Notes: generated by a model from the letters alone, not told the origin. A DNA stretch of 32,000 nucleotides from Cupriavidus necator (GCF_016127575.1 NZ_CP066019.1:420001-452000); one strand, 5' to 3'; counted from the first letter of the stretch, positions 16,914-26,742 are shown. Numbers and translations are program-made.

Positions 16914-17297
16914 ATGAAGACGGCTGTGTCGGGATGTTCGGTAGAGGAAGCAATGCGCCTGCTGGGCGGCCGGTGGCGGCTGCTGATCGCCTCGTACTTA
17001 CTCGAAGGGCCGAAGCGTTTCAACGAACTGCGAAGAGAGATGCCAGACATTTCGCAGCGCATGCTCACCCTGGACCTGAAAGCACTTCAGGAAGTCGGCC
17101 TGGTGAAGAGAACAGCGTTTCCGACTGTTCCTGTTACGGTGCAGTACGAACTGACAGAGGATGGCGCGCGCCTTGCGCCTGTTGTGGAGGTGATGCGGGA
17201 GTTTGGGCTTTGGGTGAAGAGCCGGCCAAGGCCACCGCAGGCGCCAGAACCATATCCATTAGCCCACGAAAATCCGGCCGGCGGCGTCGTGCAATAG
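16914..17297 (+). CDS. HxlR-family (MarR-like wHTH) transcriptional regulator
   Basis: CSVEEAMRLLGGRWRLLIASYLLEGPKRFNELRREMPDISQRMLTLDLKALQEVGLVKRTAFPTVPVTVQYELTEDG is the HxlR signature. It is divergent from the GST gene. Confidence 0.85.
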   Translation: MKTAVSGCSVEEAMRLLGGRWRLLIASYLLEGPKRFNELRREMPDISQRMLTLDLKALQEVGLVKRTAFPTVPVTVQYELTEDGARLAPVVEVMREFGLWVKSRPRPPQAPEPYPLAHENPAGGVVQ

Positions 17298-17449
17298 CAG
17301 AAGCGTCGTCATGGACGTGGCCATCAAGACAGGTTCTCATAAAGGGGGGCTTTGCCGACTACGCCGCCCCTGTGTGGCAGTGAGTGCCGCGGCGCCGCCA
17401 CGCGCTGAGGCAGCCCGCCATTGGCGCGGCTTTCAGCAGCGCATGCCGG

Positions 17450-18271
17450 TCAATGCCCTTCCTCGATATTGAGGATTTTCCCCAGGCCCAGGAAATAGTT
17501 TGCAAAGGCAAGCACGCTAGCCGTCACGGCTATATAGACAACTGACAGCGCGGCCAGCGTCGGATCGGCAAACTCCCGGACATAGTTGTACATGGAAACG
17601 GGCAGCGTCTGCGTGTCTTGCGTGGTGACGAAAAGCGATGCGGTGAATTCACTGAACGACATGATTGCCGCAAACAACCAGCCGCCAAACAGCCCCGGCG
17701 CGAGCAGCGGAATCGTAATCGTGAAAAGCACCTTCAGCGGCGACGCACCGAGGCTTGCTGCCGCCTGTTCCAGCCTTGCGTCCAGGTTTTCCATGGAAAC
17801 ATAGACGCTCTTCAGCACGAACGGCAGCACCAGCATCACGTGACACAGGATGACGACGCCATATGAGCGGTGTATGGAGGCCTGTGATACCAAGATGAGC
17901 AGGCCCAGCCCCAGCGTGAAGTGCGGCACCACGAGCGGGGAATGCAGGATGGCCAGCAGCGTCTGCTTGCCGGGGAATTCCAGCCGTTTGACGGCAATCG
18001 ACAGGCAGGTCCCGATCACCAGCGCAATCAACGAGGACCATCCGGTGATGACCAGGCTGGCGCGGAATCCATCTCGAAAATCCGGATAACTGAAGACGCG
18101 TGCAAACCATGTCAGCGAATAGGATTCAGGCGGGAAAGTGATGATCGCCTTTTCGTTGAAGGCGGCGATCGTCACCACCACGACCGGCAGCAGCACGAAT
18201 GCAAGCAGGATGGCGACGAGCAGCGGGCCCGCGACACGCAGCGGCAAAGGCAAAGCGCTTTTGATTCTCAT
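17450..18271 (-). CDS. ABC transporter permease (PotC-like)
   Basis: 273 aa, about 6 TM. EAA loop: LEQAAASLGASPLKVLFTITIPLLAPG. Confidence 0.9.
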   Translation of the reverse strand: MRIKSALPLPLRVAGPLLVAILLAFVLLPVVVVTIAAFNEKAIITFPPESYSLTWFARVFSYPDFRDGFRASLVITGWSSLIALVIGTCLSIAVKRLEFPGKQTLLAILHSPLVVPHFTLGLGLLILVSQASIHRSYGVVILCHVMLVLPFVLKSVYVSMENLDARLEQAAASLGASPLKVLFTITIPLLAPGLFGGWLFAAIMSFSEFTASLFVTTQDTQTLPVSMYNYVREFADPTLAALSVVYIAVTASVLAFANYFLGLGKILNIEEGH

Positions 18272-18274
18272 TTC

Positions 18275-19123
18275 TTAGTGTCCTCCAACGACTTTCAGTC
18301 GCTTGGTGAACAGCCCCAGGGAAAAGAGCGCTGCGGCCGTCAGCAGCAAGCCCATCACACTCAGGCTGGCCGCCAGCGGGAAGTTCATGGAAGCGAAGCC
18401 AAGCTGGTACACCAGTGTCGAAACCGTCGGCACGCGGCCTCCGCCTATCATCTGAGGCGTCGCAAAGGCGCTGAAGGTCCAGGCGAACGCAGTTGTGATG
18501 CCAGCCAGAATACCCGGCATCGAAAGCGGCAGCGTGACCGTGAGGAAGGTCCTGACCGGGCCGGCACCCAGGCTCTGGGCGGCTTTTTCGTAGTCGCGGT
18601 CGATATGCGAAATTGCCGTGGCAAGCATCAGGACCACGACGGGAATCGTCACGTGCACCAGCGCGACCAGCACGCCCAGGTGTGTGAACATGAGTTCCAG
18701 TGGCCAGTCGATCAGGCCGAGCTTTCGCAGCGCGCCATTGATGAAGCCATTGCTGCCCAGGACGGCGATCCAGGAGTAGGTCCGCACGATTTCCCCCAGA
18801 AACAGGGGCGTGATGGACACCACGAGGATGAAGGACTTGAGCGCCCGACTCCTGACGCGCACCAGGGCATAGGCCAGCGGGTACGCAACCAGCAGCGAAA
18901 ACACGGTCGTCTCCACGCTCAGCCACAAGGTGTTGGAGAACGCGTCGAGATAAATCGACTTGGTCAGGTCGCTGAAGTTGGCGAACGTGAATCCGCCGAC
19001 ATCCAGGGAGCCGGGCACATACGCCCGGAAGCTGAACTGCAGGACCGCAATCAACGATACTGCGATGCACAGCGCGACAAGTACTGCCGGGGAGACCAAC
19101 CAGGCTCGTGAATCGGGGCGCAT
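18275..19123 (-). CDS. ABC transporter permease (PotB-like)
   Basis: 282 aa, about 6 TM. EAA loop: YEKAAQSLGAGPVRTFLTVTLPLSMPG. The gap to the next permease is 3 nt. Confidence 0.9.
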   Translation of the reverse strand: MRPDSRAWLVSPAVLVALCIAVSLIAVLQFSFRAYVPGSLDVGGFTFANFSDLTKSIYLDAFSNTLWLSVETTVFSLLVAYPLAYALVRVRSRALKSFILVVSITPLFLGEIVRTYSWIAVLGSNGFINGALRKLGLIDWPLELMFTHLGVLVALVHVTIPVVVLMLATAISHIDRDYEKAAQSLGAGPVRTFLTVTLPLSMPGILAGITTAFAWTFSAFATPQMIGGGRVPTVSTLVYQLGFASMNFPLAASLSVMGLLLTAAALFSLGLFTKRLKVVGGH

Positions 19124-19154
19124 TCTTAAACCTTATTCCAGATGCTCAATCGGC

Positions 19155-19197
19155 GAGGGAGGATCGGCGCGGTGCATTGCCGCGGCGACCCTCCCTC
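19155..19197 (-). other. Intercistronic GC-rich stem-loop between the SBP and permease genes
   Basis: GAGGGAGGatcggcgcggtgcattgccgcggcgaCCTCCCTC: 8-bp outer arms plus partial inner pairing. Its position after the binding-protein gene resembles the REP or attenuating hairpins that raise the SBP:permease expression ratio in ABC operons. Confidence 0.45.
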
Positions 19198-19216
19198 CAC
19201 ACTCTTGCTAGCGGGC

Positions 19217-20242
19217 TCAGTTCATGACGTTTTCAGTGAACCACTTGCGCCATTCCGCAGTCTTCTCGGCGCGCAGCTTGTGGTCCACGAGGATGGCCTT
19301 GTCCCACTGCTCCTTCGTCGTGAACACGCCGGGCAGCTTGGCGTCTTCAGGCGAAACCCTGGCGTCGTCGACGACGGGGCTGGCCTTCTTCAAGGCCACG
19401 ATCTTCGACTGGACTTCCGGGGACAAGGCGATGTTCATGAACTTGTAAGCCAGATCGGCCTTGGTGGAGCCCTTCGTGATGGCCATGGTATCGATGCCGA
19501 GCACAGCGCCTTCCTTGGGCGTGACCAACTTGACGGGAACACCCTGGCTGATCATGTGATAGGCGTTGATCGACAGGATGACCTGCACGGGCGTTTCGCC
19601 GGTGGCGATCAGCTGCTGCGCATTGGCGTCATTGGTATAGAACGCCTTGAAGTTGGGCTTGAGCGCCTTGAGCTTGTCCTGCCCCTTTTCCCAGCTTTGC
19701 GCATCGCCACCCGACAGCATGGCGGAAACCGCGACCACATGGCTCGGATCGAAGTCAGGCACGCCAATCTTGCCTTTCAGGGCCGGGCTCCACAGGTCGT
19801 TCCAGCTCTCGAACTTGACGCTGGGCGGCACCAGGTCGGCGCGATAACCGATGGTATAGACATAGGCCCAGCTGCCGATGTGATACGGGCTGATCCTGGC
19901 GCGATCGACAAGATGCTTGTAATTCGGAATCTTGCTCGTATCCAGCTTTTCAAAGAGATTGCCGTTGGCGTAGAGCCAGCCGACGTGGGAAGTCGTGAAG
20001 GTAACGTCGCTCTCGGGCTTGGAGGCAAGCTTCGCCTTGTTCAGGCGGTCGATGGTGCCGCCGGTGATGTACTTGACCGGCACGCCGGTTTGCCGCGTGA
20101 ATTCCTTGCCGATGCTTTCATCGATGAGGTCGCGGAAACTGCCGCCCCAGGTGCTCACCACCAAGGCTTCCTGGGCCCATGCCGCCGTACTGCCAAGCGT
20201 GGCGGAGAGCGCGCAAAGTGCCAAAAGCTTGCGAATCGTCAT
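19217..20242 (-). CDS. ABC transporter periplasmic substrate-binding protein (PotD/PotF-like, SBP family 1)
   Basis: 341 aa with signal peptide MTIRKLLALCALSATLGSTAAWAQ. The opening motif LVVSTWGGSF is typical of polyamine/opine-type SBPs. It is the first gene of the minus-strand SBP-permease-permease operon. Confidence 0.9.
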   Translation of the reverse strand: MTIRKLLALCALSATLGSTAAWAQEALVVSTWGGSFRDLIDESIGKEFTRQTGVPVKYITGGTIDRLNKAKLASKPESDVTFTTSHVGWLYANGNLFEKLDTSKIPNYKHLVDRARISPYHIGSWAYVYTIGYRADLVPPSVKFESWNDLWSPALKGKIGVPDFDPSHVVAVSAMLSGGDAQSWEKGQDKLKALKPNFKAFYTNDANAQQLIATGETPVQVILSINAYHMISQGVPVKLVTPKEGAVLGIDTMAITKGSTKADLAYKFMNIALSPEVQSKIVALKKASPVVDDARVSPEDAKLPGVFTTKEQWDKAILVDHKLRAEKTAEWRKWFTENVMN

Positions 20243-20333
20243 TTACTAACCCCCAATCGAAAAGATAAACATCTGATAGAACTGGAAATACGCTTGAACG
20301 TGCCACCGCGAAATGCAATCACAAGCAGCGACG

Positions 20334-20349
20334 CGTTGCTGACGCAACG
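20334..20349. promoter_or_regulatory. Palindrome CGTTGCtgacGCAACG with an adjacent related half-site (TTGACGCAAT) in the 390-bp SBP/RidA divergent region
   Basis: Seen directly in the sequence. It lies 92 nt upstream of the SBP start codon. It is a candidate binding site for the locus regulator (LysR at 21834). Confidence 0.3.
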
Positions 20350-20632
20350 ACGTTGACGCAATGACTTCGAATTACGGAGCCTATGATGTGAAAGTCGTAC
20401 CAGGCGGCCAAGTCGGCTTTTTCGTAGGGGTGCCTCACATTTCCCGATGGGGTTGTGGATGGTTCCGCCGTCTGGAGCAGGTTAGCGGTCGTGTGAGGTT
20501 CGGTGGTATTCGGAAATTCCTAAACGGCCGGCAGGAAAATACAAATGGCGCCGACAGCGGCTGCACATGACCATGCAGTCGGGTGCATCGCCCCCAATCT
20601 CCCGCCACCTGCCGAATCGATCCGAATCGACC

Positions 20633-21046
20633 ATGAAGCATACCCGCATCCGCACCTTCAACACCAAAGTCACCTACCCGGAACAGAATCTGGACAACGA
20701 CCTTTGCCAGGCCGTTGTCGCGCGAGGCCGTACCGTTTTTCTGCGAGGGCAGATCGGCCAGAACCTCGACACCTCGGAGAGCGTGTGCATCGGGGACGTC
20801 GCCGGACAGGCGGAGCAGGCCATGGCCAATATCGCGATGCTGCTCAAGGAAGCCGGCGGCGAGCTCGAGGACATCTGCAAGATCACGATCTACATCATCG
20901 ACCCTCGCTACCGCGAGGCGGTGTATCGCGTCGTGGGCCGCTGGCTGAAGGGTGTCTTCCCGGTCTCGACCGGCATCGTCGTATCGGCCCTGGCCCGCCC
21001 CGAGTGGCTGGTAGAGATCGACGCCACCGCTGTCATCCCCGACTGA
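20633..21046 (+). CDS. RidA/YjgF/UK114-family (reactive enamine/imine deaminase-like) protein
   Basis: The 137 aa from the ATG at 20633 read MKHTRIRTFNTKVTYPE...VFLRGQIGQNLD...GDVAGQAEQAMANIAMLLKEAGGELEDICKITIYIID...VSTGIVVSALARPEWLVEIDATAV, which has the family layout. The track ORF starts 22 codons earlier. Confidence 0.85.
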   Translation: MKHTRIRTFNTKVTYPEQNLDNDLCQAVVARGRTVFLRGQIGQNLDTSESVCIGDVAGQAEQAMANIAMLLKEAGGELEDICKITIYIIDPRYREAVYRVVGRWLKGVFPVSTGIVVSALARPEWLVEIDATAVIPD

Positions 21047-21052
21047 GCTGCC

Positions 21053-21724
21053 ATGACCTTTTCCATCATTGCACGGTGCCCGGCCACCGGCCAGTTCGGC
21101 GCCGCCGTGGCGTCCTCGTCACCGGCGGTTGCCTCGCGCTGCATCCGCGGCCGCAAAGGGGTCGGCGCAGCCGCGAGCCAGAACATTACCGACCCGGATC
21201 TGGGGCTCCTCGCCCTGGACCTGATGGCCAGCGGCCTGACGCCGGAACGCGCCCTCGCGGAACTGCAGAAGCGCCCCCATATCGAGTATCGCCAGCTCAT
21301 GGCCATCGACGCGCACAACCCGCCAGTGGTTTTCACGGGTGCCAAGGCGCTCGGCACCCTGGCAAGCGTGGTCGGCACCCATGCCGCATGCGCGGGCAAC
21401 ATGCTGGCGACGCGTGAAGTGCCCCAGGCCATGCTGTCGGCCTTCGAGCAGACCGAAGGCGCGCTCGCGGAACGGCTGATGCAGGCCATGCTCGCCGGCC
21501 AGGCCGCCGGCGGCGAGGAAGGTCCGGTGCACTCGGCAGGCCTGCTGGTGTACGATGCGCAGAACTGGCCTGTCGTGGATCTGCGCCTGGACTGGGTAGA
21601 AAACGACCCGGTCGAGGCCCTCCATGCCGCCTGGCAGGTTTACGCGCCGCAACTGAAGGACTATGTCAAGCGAGCGCTCGATCCCCGCGCGGCGCCCAGC
21701 TTTGGCGTTCCCGGAAACCTGTGA
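21053..21724 (+). CDS. DUF1028-family protein (Ntn-hydrolase-fold, function unknown)
   Basis: The N-terminus MTFSIIARCPATGQFGAAVASSSPAVASRC...GVGAAASQNITDP is the characteristic DUF1028 start. It begins 7 nt after the RidA stop. Confidence 0.8.
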   Translation: MTFSIIARCPATGQFGAAVASSSPAVASRCIRGRKGVGAAASQNITDPDLGLLALDLMASGLTPERALAELQKRPHIEYRQLMAIDAHNPPVVFTGAKALGTLASVVGTHAACAGNMLATREVPQAMLSAFEQTEGALAERLMQAMLAGQAAGGEEGPVHSAGLLVYDAQNWPVVDLRLDWVENDPVEALHAAWQVYAPQLKDYVKRALDPRAAPSFGVPGNL

Positions 21725-21833
21725 CCAGTCCGACGCATCGAATGAAGCGTGACAGCGCCGGTCAGGCAGCCGGCACTCGAAAGGGCAAACCTTCTCCAGT
21801 ACACTGGATCGTTCCCCTTTTCCTGATCTCGAC

Positions 21834-22808
21834 ATGCTCAATCGCATTTCCCTGCGCCAGATGGAGTATTTCGTCGCAACGGCGAAGCATGGCAGCATTG
21901 CCGCTGCGTCGACGCAAATCCATATCTCCTCTCCCTCGATCTCCGCAGCGATCGCCCATATCGAGGCCGAACTGGGCGTGCAGCTGTTCGTGCGCCATTC
22001 TTCCAAGGGCATTGGCCTGACCACCATCGGCAAGCTGGTCCTGCATCACTGCGAAGATATGCTCGGACGGTCGTCCCGACTCTATGAAATCGCCTCCGAT
22101 TCGAGCGACGTCATCCAGGGCACCTTGCGGGTGGGAAGCTTCCAGTCGCTCACGGCAATGATTGCGCCCGAGGTCATCTTCGGCTTTTCGCGCGCGTTCA
22201 AGAAAATCGAGCTGCAGATGGTCGAAGGCGATCAGGAAGTCTTGATGAACAAGCTCCATGCGCTTGAGATCGACGTGGCGATCACCTACGACCTGCACCT
22301 TGAGGACGACATCCAGTTCGAGAGCCTGGCGACGATGCCGCCCTATGTCCTGGTGAGCGAGGTCCATCCGCTGGCGCAGCAGAAAGTCGTCTCCTTCGAA
22401 GAGCTGGCGCCCGAACCCTACGTCCTGCTCGATATGCCGATGAGCCGGGACTATTTCACCTCCCTGTTTGAAAAGGCCGGCGTGACGCCGAACATCGCGG
22501 CGCGTTCGCAGTCCACGGAAGTGGTCCGGTCCATGGTCGCCAACGGCATTGGCTACGCACTCTTCAATGTGCGCCCCAAATCCGATCAATCGCTCGATGG
22601 AAAGCGCATGGTGCGGGTCCGCCTTGCCGGTACCCATCGGCCCATGCTGCTCGGCCTGGCGACTTACAAGCCGATGAAACAGTCAAGATTGACGAGAATC
22701 TTCATGGAACGCTGCCGCGCTTATATCTCCGACCAATACATCCCCGGAATGAGCGCTCCAAGTTTCTTCGATCCCCATATAGCAGCGCCGCTGAAATCGG
22801 CGTCCTGA
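21834..22808 (+). CDS. LysR-family transcriptional regulator
   Basis: HTH: LRQMEYFVATAKHGSIAAASTQIHISSPSISAAIAHIEAELGVQLFVRHSSKGIGLTTIG. A ~230-aa effector domain follows. Confidence 0.9.
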   Translation: MLNRISLRQMEYFVATAKHGSIAAASTQIHISSPSISAAIAHIEAELGVQLFVRHSSKGIGLTTIGKLVLHHCEDMLGRSSRLYEIASDSSDVIQGTLRVGSFQSLTAMIAPEVIFGFSRAFKKIELQMVEGDQEVLMNKLHALEIDVAITYDLHLEDDIQFESLATMPPYVLVSEVHPLAQQKVVSFEELAPEPYVLLDMPMSRDYFTSLFEKAGVTPNIAARSQSTEVVRSMVANGIGYALFNVRPKSDQSLDGKRMVRVRLAGTHRPMLLGLATYKPMKQSRLTRIFMERCRAYISDQYIPGMSAPSFFDPHIAAPLKSAS

Positions 22809-22867
22809 AGCGCCAGCCGCATCGGTCATGCCGTGTTTCGGCAATGCCCCCTCAAGAAGGGCCAGAG

Positions 22868-24043
22868 ATGGAAAATCAAGCCTCCTCCGCAAGCGCCTCT
22901 CTCCTGGAAACGCTCGTTTCTTTCGCATCGGTTTCCCTGACGCCAAACATCGCGCTCATCCACAAGGTCCAGGACATCCTGGCGGAAGCCGGCATCGAAT
23001 CGATGCTCGCGCCCGACCCGCAAGACCCCAGCCGCTCCAATCTGTTTGCGACGGTCGGTCCGGTGGGCGTTCCGGGCGTCCTGCTCTCCGGCCATACCGA
23101 TGTGGTGCCGGTGGAAGGCCAGCCCTGGACTTCACCCCCGTTTGAGGCAACGCACCGGGATGGCCGCATCTACGGACGCGGCACAGCCGACATGAAAGGC
23201 TTCGTGGCCTGCGCCGTCACCGCCATGGTGGCGGCCGCCCGGCAGCCGCTCCGGCGCCCCTTGCAGCTGGCGCTGTCCTTCGATGAGGAAATCGGCTGCG
23301 TAGGTGTGCGCCACCTGCTGCGCCGCCTGGAGAACAGCCTCCCCGCACCCTACCTGTGCATTGTCGGCGAGCCGACCCTGATGCGGATCGGCACCGGTCA
23401 CAAGGGCAAGGCTGCCTACCGGGCGGTCTGCTGCGGCCAGGCCGGCCACTCAGGCCTGGCGCCCAGGTTCTTCAACGCCATCCACATGGCCAGCGACCTC
23501 GTCGCATCCCTGCGAGACGTGCAGCGTGAACTGGCGCAAAGCGGCCCGCGCGAGGAGGGCTACGGCGTGCCCTACAGCACGGTCCACGCCGGCGTCATCC
23601 ACGGCGGCCGCGCCTTGAACATCGTGCCCAGCGAATGCGAAGTCAGCTTCGAGATTCGCAACGTCTCGGAAGATAAACCCGAGCAGATCCTGAAGCGCGT
23701 CCTGGAACGCCTGGCCGAGCGCGTCAAAAAAGAGGCGCTGGATCCTGCGGCGCCGTTGCCAGACATCCAGATGACGAACAGCTATCCCAGCCTGAACACC
23801 CGCGAGGATTCGCCTGCTGTCGGCCTGCTCGCCTCGCTGCTCCCCGCGGGCACCCCATGCGCCAGGGTGGACTATGGCAGCGAGGGTGGATTGTTCCAGC
23901 AGAGCTGGAATCAAACGCCAGTGCTGATCTGCGGGCCCGGGAGCATTGAAGTCGCACATAAGGCCGACGAGTATGTGGAGCTGGCGCAGATCGAAGCCTG
24001 CGACCGCATGCTGGCCGGCCTCGTCGAATTTCTCTGTCGATAA
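22868..24043 (+). CDS. ArgE-like M20-family deacylase (acetylornithine deacetylase family)
   Basis: It is colinear with E. coli ArgE. Motifs: LLSGHTDVVPVEGQPWTSPPFEATHRDGRIYGRGTADMKGF, LSFDEEIGCVG, IVGEPT, HKGK, GHSG, GPGSIEVAHKADEYVEL. The start is ATG at 22868 or 22844. Confidence 0.85.
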   Translation: MENQASSASASLLETLVSFASVSLTPNIALIHKVQDILAEAGIESMLAPDPQDPSRSNLFATVGPVGVPGVLLSGHTDVVPVEGQPWTSPPFEATHRDGRIYGRGTADMKGFVACAVTAMVAAARQPLRRPLQLALSFDEEIGCVGVRHLLRRLENSLPAPYLCIVGEPTLMRIGTGHKGKAAYRAVCCGQAGHSGLAPRFFNAIHMASDLVASLRDVQRELAQSGPREEGYGVPYSTVHAGVIHGGRALNIVPSECEVSFEIRNVSEDKPEQILKRVLERLAERVKKEALDPAAPLPDIQMTNSYPSLNTREDSPAVGLLASLLPAGTPCARVDYGSEGGLFQQSWNQTPVLICGPGSIEVAHKADEYVELAQIEACDRMLAGLVEFLCR

Positions 24044-24047
24044 GCCT

Positions 24048-24077
24048 GGCGTCCTGGCCAGCTTCGGCCCGGACGCC
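24048..24077. terminator. GC-rich hairpin between the convergent ArgE-like and hydroxy-acid dehydrogenase genes
   Basis: GGCGTCCtggccagcttcggcccGGACGCC. There is no T-tract, so the terminator function is inferred from position only. Confidence 0.4.
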
Positions 24078-24089
24078 TCATAGACGCTA

Positions 24090-25235
24090 TCAAAATGAAG
24101 TCAGCAGGATGCTGCGGTCGACCGACTGGATATCCGTCTTGCCGCAAAACGCCATGGAGAGATCGAGCTCGTTCTGAATGATGTTCAAGGCCGTGGTCAC
24201 GCCTTGCTCGCCGAGGGCGCCCAGGCCATACATCATGGCGCGGCCGATATACGTGCCACGCGCCCCGAGCGCGATCGCCTTGAGCACATCCTGGCCCGAG
24301 CGGATGCCGCCATCCATATGGACTTCCACCCGATCCCCGACCACTTCCACGATGCGCGGCAAGGTGGAGATCGATGACGCTGCGCCGTCCAGCTGGCGCC
24401 CGCCATGGTTCGACACGATGATGGCATCGGCGCCGCTTGCCACCGCCAGCCGCGCATCCTCTGGGTCCTGGATGCCCTTGACGATCAGCTTCCCATCCCA
24501 CCGCTTCTTGATCCATTCAACATCCTGCCAGGACAGGCGCGGATCGAACTGCTCCTGAGTCCACTCCACCAGCGACCCGATCTTGTCGACGCCCCTGGCA
24601 TGCCCGACGATATTGCCGAACTGACGGTGTCTGGTACCCAGCATGCCGATGCACCAGCGCGGCTTGCTCGCCATGTTCACAAGGTTGCGCAGGGTCGGCT
24701 TGGGCGGCGTGGACAGACCGTTCTTCTTGTCCTTGTGCCGCTGGCCGAAGACCTGCAGGTCCATCGTGACCACGAGCGCCGAACAATTGGCATTCCTGGC
24801 ACGGTCGATCAGGCTTTCGACAAAGGTCCGGTCGCGCAGCACGTACAGCTGGAACCAGAACGGATGGCGCCCGGTCGCTTCCGCCACCGCCTCGATCGGG
24901 CAGATGCTCATGGTGGACAAGGTGAACGGGATGCCGTGCCGCTTCGCCGCGCGCGCGGCCAGGATTTCTCCATCGGCGTGCTGCATGCCGGTCAGCCCGG
25001 TGGGCGCGATCGCCACCGGCATGCTGACCGGCTGGCCCACCATGGTGCTGGCGGTGCTGCGCTCGGTAATGTCCACCGCCACGCGCTGGCGGAATTCGAT
25101 ACGCTGAAAATCCGCCTCGTTGGCACGGTAGGTATATTCGGTCCACGAACCGCCGTCGACATAGTCATAGAACATGCGCGGCACGCGCTTTTTCGCCAGG
25201 CTGCGCAGGTCTTCAATGCACGTCATCTCGGCCAT
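24090..25235 (-). CDS. FMN-dependent alpha-hydroxy-acid dehydrogenase/oxidase (LldD / glycolate oxidase / mandelate dehydrogenase family)
   Basis: 381 aa. Motifs: FYDYVDGGSWTEYTYRANEADF, PVAIAPTG, IIVSNHGGRQLDGA, GIRSGQDVLKAIALGA. Confidence 0.9.
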   Translation of the reverse strand: MAEMTCIEDLRSLAKKRVPRMFYDYVDGGSWTEYTYRANEADFQRIEFRQRVAVDITERSTASTMVGQPVSMPVAIAPTGLTGMQHADGEILAARAAKRHGIPFTLSTMSICPIEAVAEATGRHPFWFQLYVLRDRTFVESLIDRARNANCSALVVTMDLQVFGQRHKDKKNGLSTPPKPTLRNLVNMASKPRWCIGMLGTRHRQFGNIVGHARGVDKIGSLVEWTQEQFDPRLSWQDVEWIKKRWDGKLIVKGIQDPEDARLAVASGADAIIVSNHGGRQLDGAASSISTLPRIVEVVGDRVEVHMDGGIRSGQDVLKAIALGARGTYIGRAMMYGLGALGEQGVTTALNIIQNELDLSMAFCGKTDIQSVDRSILLTSF

Positions 25236-25246
25236 GGGAACTCCCT

Positions 25247-25288
25247 TGAAAAAAACAAAAAGCTGCCGGATCGCCCGATCCGGCAGCT
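25247..25288 (-). terminator. Rho-independent terminator downstream of the monooxygenase gene
   Basis: The minus strand reads AGCTGCCGGATCGggCGATCCGGCAGCT followed by TTTTTGTTTTTTT: an 11-13-bp perfect stem plus a U-tract, starting 56 nt after the stop at 25344. Confidence 0.75.
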
Positions 25289-25343
25289 CGTGCGTGCAAC
25301 CTCGTTACCAATGACAGGTCACCGTGCAGCCTCAGGAACAGGC

Positions 25344-26597
25344 TCAAGACCGCTCATACGTCATATATCCGTTCTGGAGCACGATATGGTCAGCGATGTA
25401 TTTCGCATCGTGCCAGACACCATAGATGAAGGACGACGCCCGGTTGACCAGATTCGGCAGGCCCAGGAAATAGATGCCGCTTTCCGCGGAGATGCCGCGC
25501 TTGTGGAACGGATCGCCCTTCTCGTCGAAGGCATTCTTCACGTTCAGCCAGTTGAAATCAAACTTGAAACCGGTCGCCCAGAGGATCGTGGTGATGCCGG
25601 CTTCAGCCAGGTCGAGGCTGAGGATCGGGTGCTTAAGGCACTCCGGGTCCGGCAGCAGCTCCCAGGCGTCAGGTTCCGGCGGAAACGGCAGGCCATTCTC
25701 TTCGATATAGGCATCCGCTTCGCGCAGCACGTCGAAGTAGGCGCGGTCGCCTTCGGCGATGTTCTCGGGCAGGCCTGGCTCGAATGTCATGACGCCATCC
25801 TTGTAGGATTGGGTCAGGCCGACCAGGTTGATGCCCGCGTGCGCCAGGCGCCGGAAATCGACGGTCTTGCCGCCTTCATAGCCGCTCACGGCGAAAGCGA
25901 CGTGCGCCTTCTTGGGCCGGATCCTCACTTCATCCCACAGGCCGAGGGCGCCCAGCCACCAGCAGTAGTCACGGCCACGGTACGCGCGCGGCGGGCGGTA
26001 ATGCTCGCCGACCGAGAGATAAACCGTCTTGCCGGCCTGGCGCAGCTCTTCGGCGATCTGTGAGCCGGAAGCGCCCGCGCCCACCACGAGCACCCCGCCT
26101 TCCGCCAACTGGCCCGGATTCTTGTAGGCCGAGGAATGCAGCTGCCGGATTTTTTCGCTCTCAGGCACGATCTTCGGATAGGCTGGCTTCTGGAACGGGC
26201 CGGTTGCGGCAACCACGTTGTCTGCCTCGATGATGCCGTCGGAAGTCGTCACCCTGAATCCGGGACGCCCTTGATGCCGTTCCACCTGCCTGACTTCCAC
26301 GCCGGTACGGACCGGCGCCTTCAGCATGGCGGCATAGCTCTCGAAATACTGCGCCATGCGCTCTTTCGACGGAAAGGCCTCCGGCGAGATGCCCTCGAAT
26401 TTCATCCCGGGAAAACGGTCATGCCAGGCCGGTCCATTCGCGACCAGAGAATCCCAACGTTCCGAGCGCCAGCGTTCTGCGATTCGGCTGCGTTCCAGCA
26501 CGACATGCTGCACACCCATGTGCGCGAGATGCTCGCTCATCGCGATGCCCGCCTGGCCAGCACCGACCACCACGGTGTTGATTTTTTCCACTGACAT
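25344..26597 (-). CDS. Flavin-containing monooxygenase-like NAD(P)/FAD-dependent oxidoreductase
   Basis: 417 aa with two dinucleotide motifs, VVVGAGQAGIA (FAD) and VLVVGAGASGSQIA (NADPH), plus the ATGF.. tail motif (ILWATGFKFD). Confidence 0.85.
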   Translation of the reverse strand: MSVEKINTVVVGAGQAGIAMSEHLAHMGVQHVVLERSRIAERWRSERWDSLVANGPAWHDRFPGMKFEGISPEAFPSKERMAQYFESYAAMLKAPVRTGVEVRQVERHQGRPGFRVTTSDGIIEADNVVAATGPFQKPAYPKIVPESEKIRQLHSSAYKNPGQLAEGGVLVVGAGASGSQIAEELRQAGKTVYLSVGEHYRPPRAYRGRDYCWWLGALGLWDEVRIRPKKAHVAFAVSGYEGGKTVDFRRLAHAGINLVGLTQSYKDGVMTFEPGLPENIAEGDRAYFDVLREADAYIEENGLPFPPEPDAWELLPDPECLKHPILSLDLAEAGITTILWATGFKFDFNWLNVKNAFDEKGDPFHKRGISAESGIYFLGLPNLVNRASSFIYGVWHDAKYIADHIVLQNGYMTYERS

Positions 26598-26718
26598 TTG
26601 AATTTCCTAAGAATGATCGCCCCGGTCAGTCGCCCCGGCACGGAAGCTTCGACGGCAAGGCGTACTGGCCCTGGAGACATCGCTCATCGACGTTGGCCAG
26701 TTTGATGAAGCCCACCTC

Positions 26719-26742
26719 GTTTGAAAATCACGTTTTTCAAAC
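26719..26742. promoter_or_regulatory. Perfect 9-bp inverted repeat GTTTGAAAA-N6-TTTTCAAAC in the monooxygenase/ATPase divergent region
   Basis: Seen directly in the sequence. It is 122 nt upstream of the monooxygenase start and ~265 nt upstream of the ATPase start. It is AT-rich in a GC-rich background. Confidence 0.4.

Noticed and set aside
17921-20356. Long plus-strand ORFs 17921..19111 (396 aa) and 19142..20356 (404 aa)
   Set aside because: They are antisense to the clearly recognisable permease and SBP genes. Their translations are Arg/Gly/His/Asp/Gln-rich low-complexity sequences with no motifs, which is typical of shadow ORFs in high-GC DNA.
20361-20570. 69-aa ORF in the SBP/RidA divergent region; also screened this 390-bp region for riboswitch-like motifs
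   Set aside because: There is no RBS or motif, and I could recognise no known riboswitch consensus. The region is better explained as a long regulatory spacer.
24405-26063. 552-aa plus-strand ORF spanning two genes
   Set aside because: It is antisense to both the FMN dehydrogenase and the monooxygenase and crosses their intergenic terminator. It has no recognisable domain. It is a high-GC shadow ORF.
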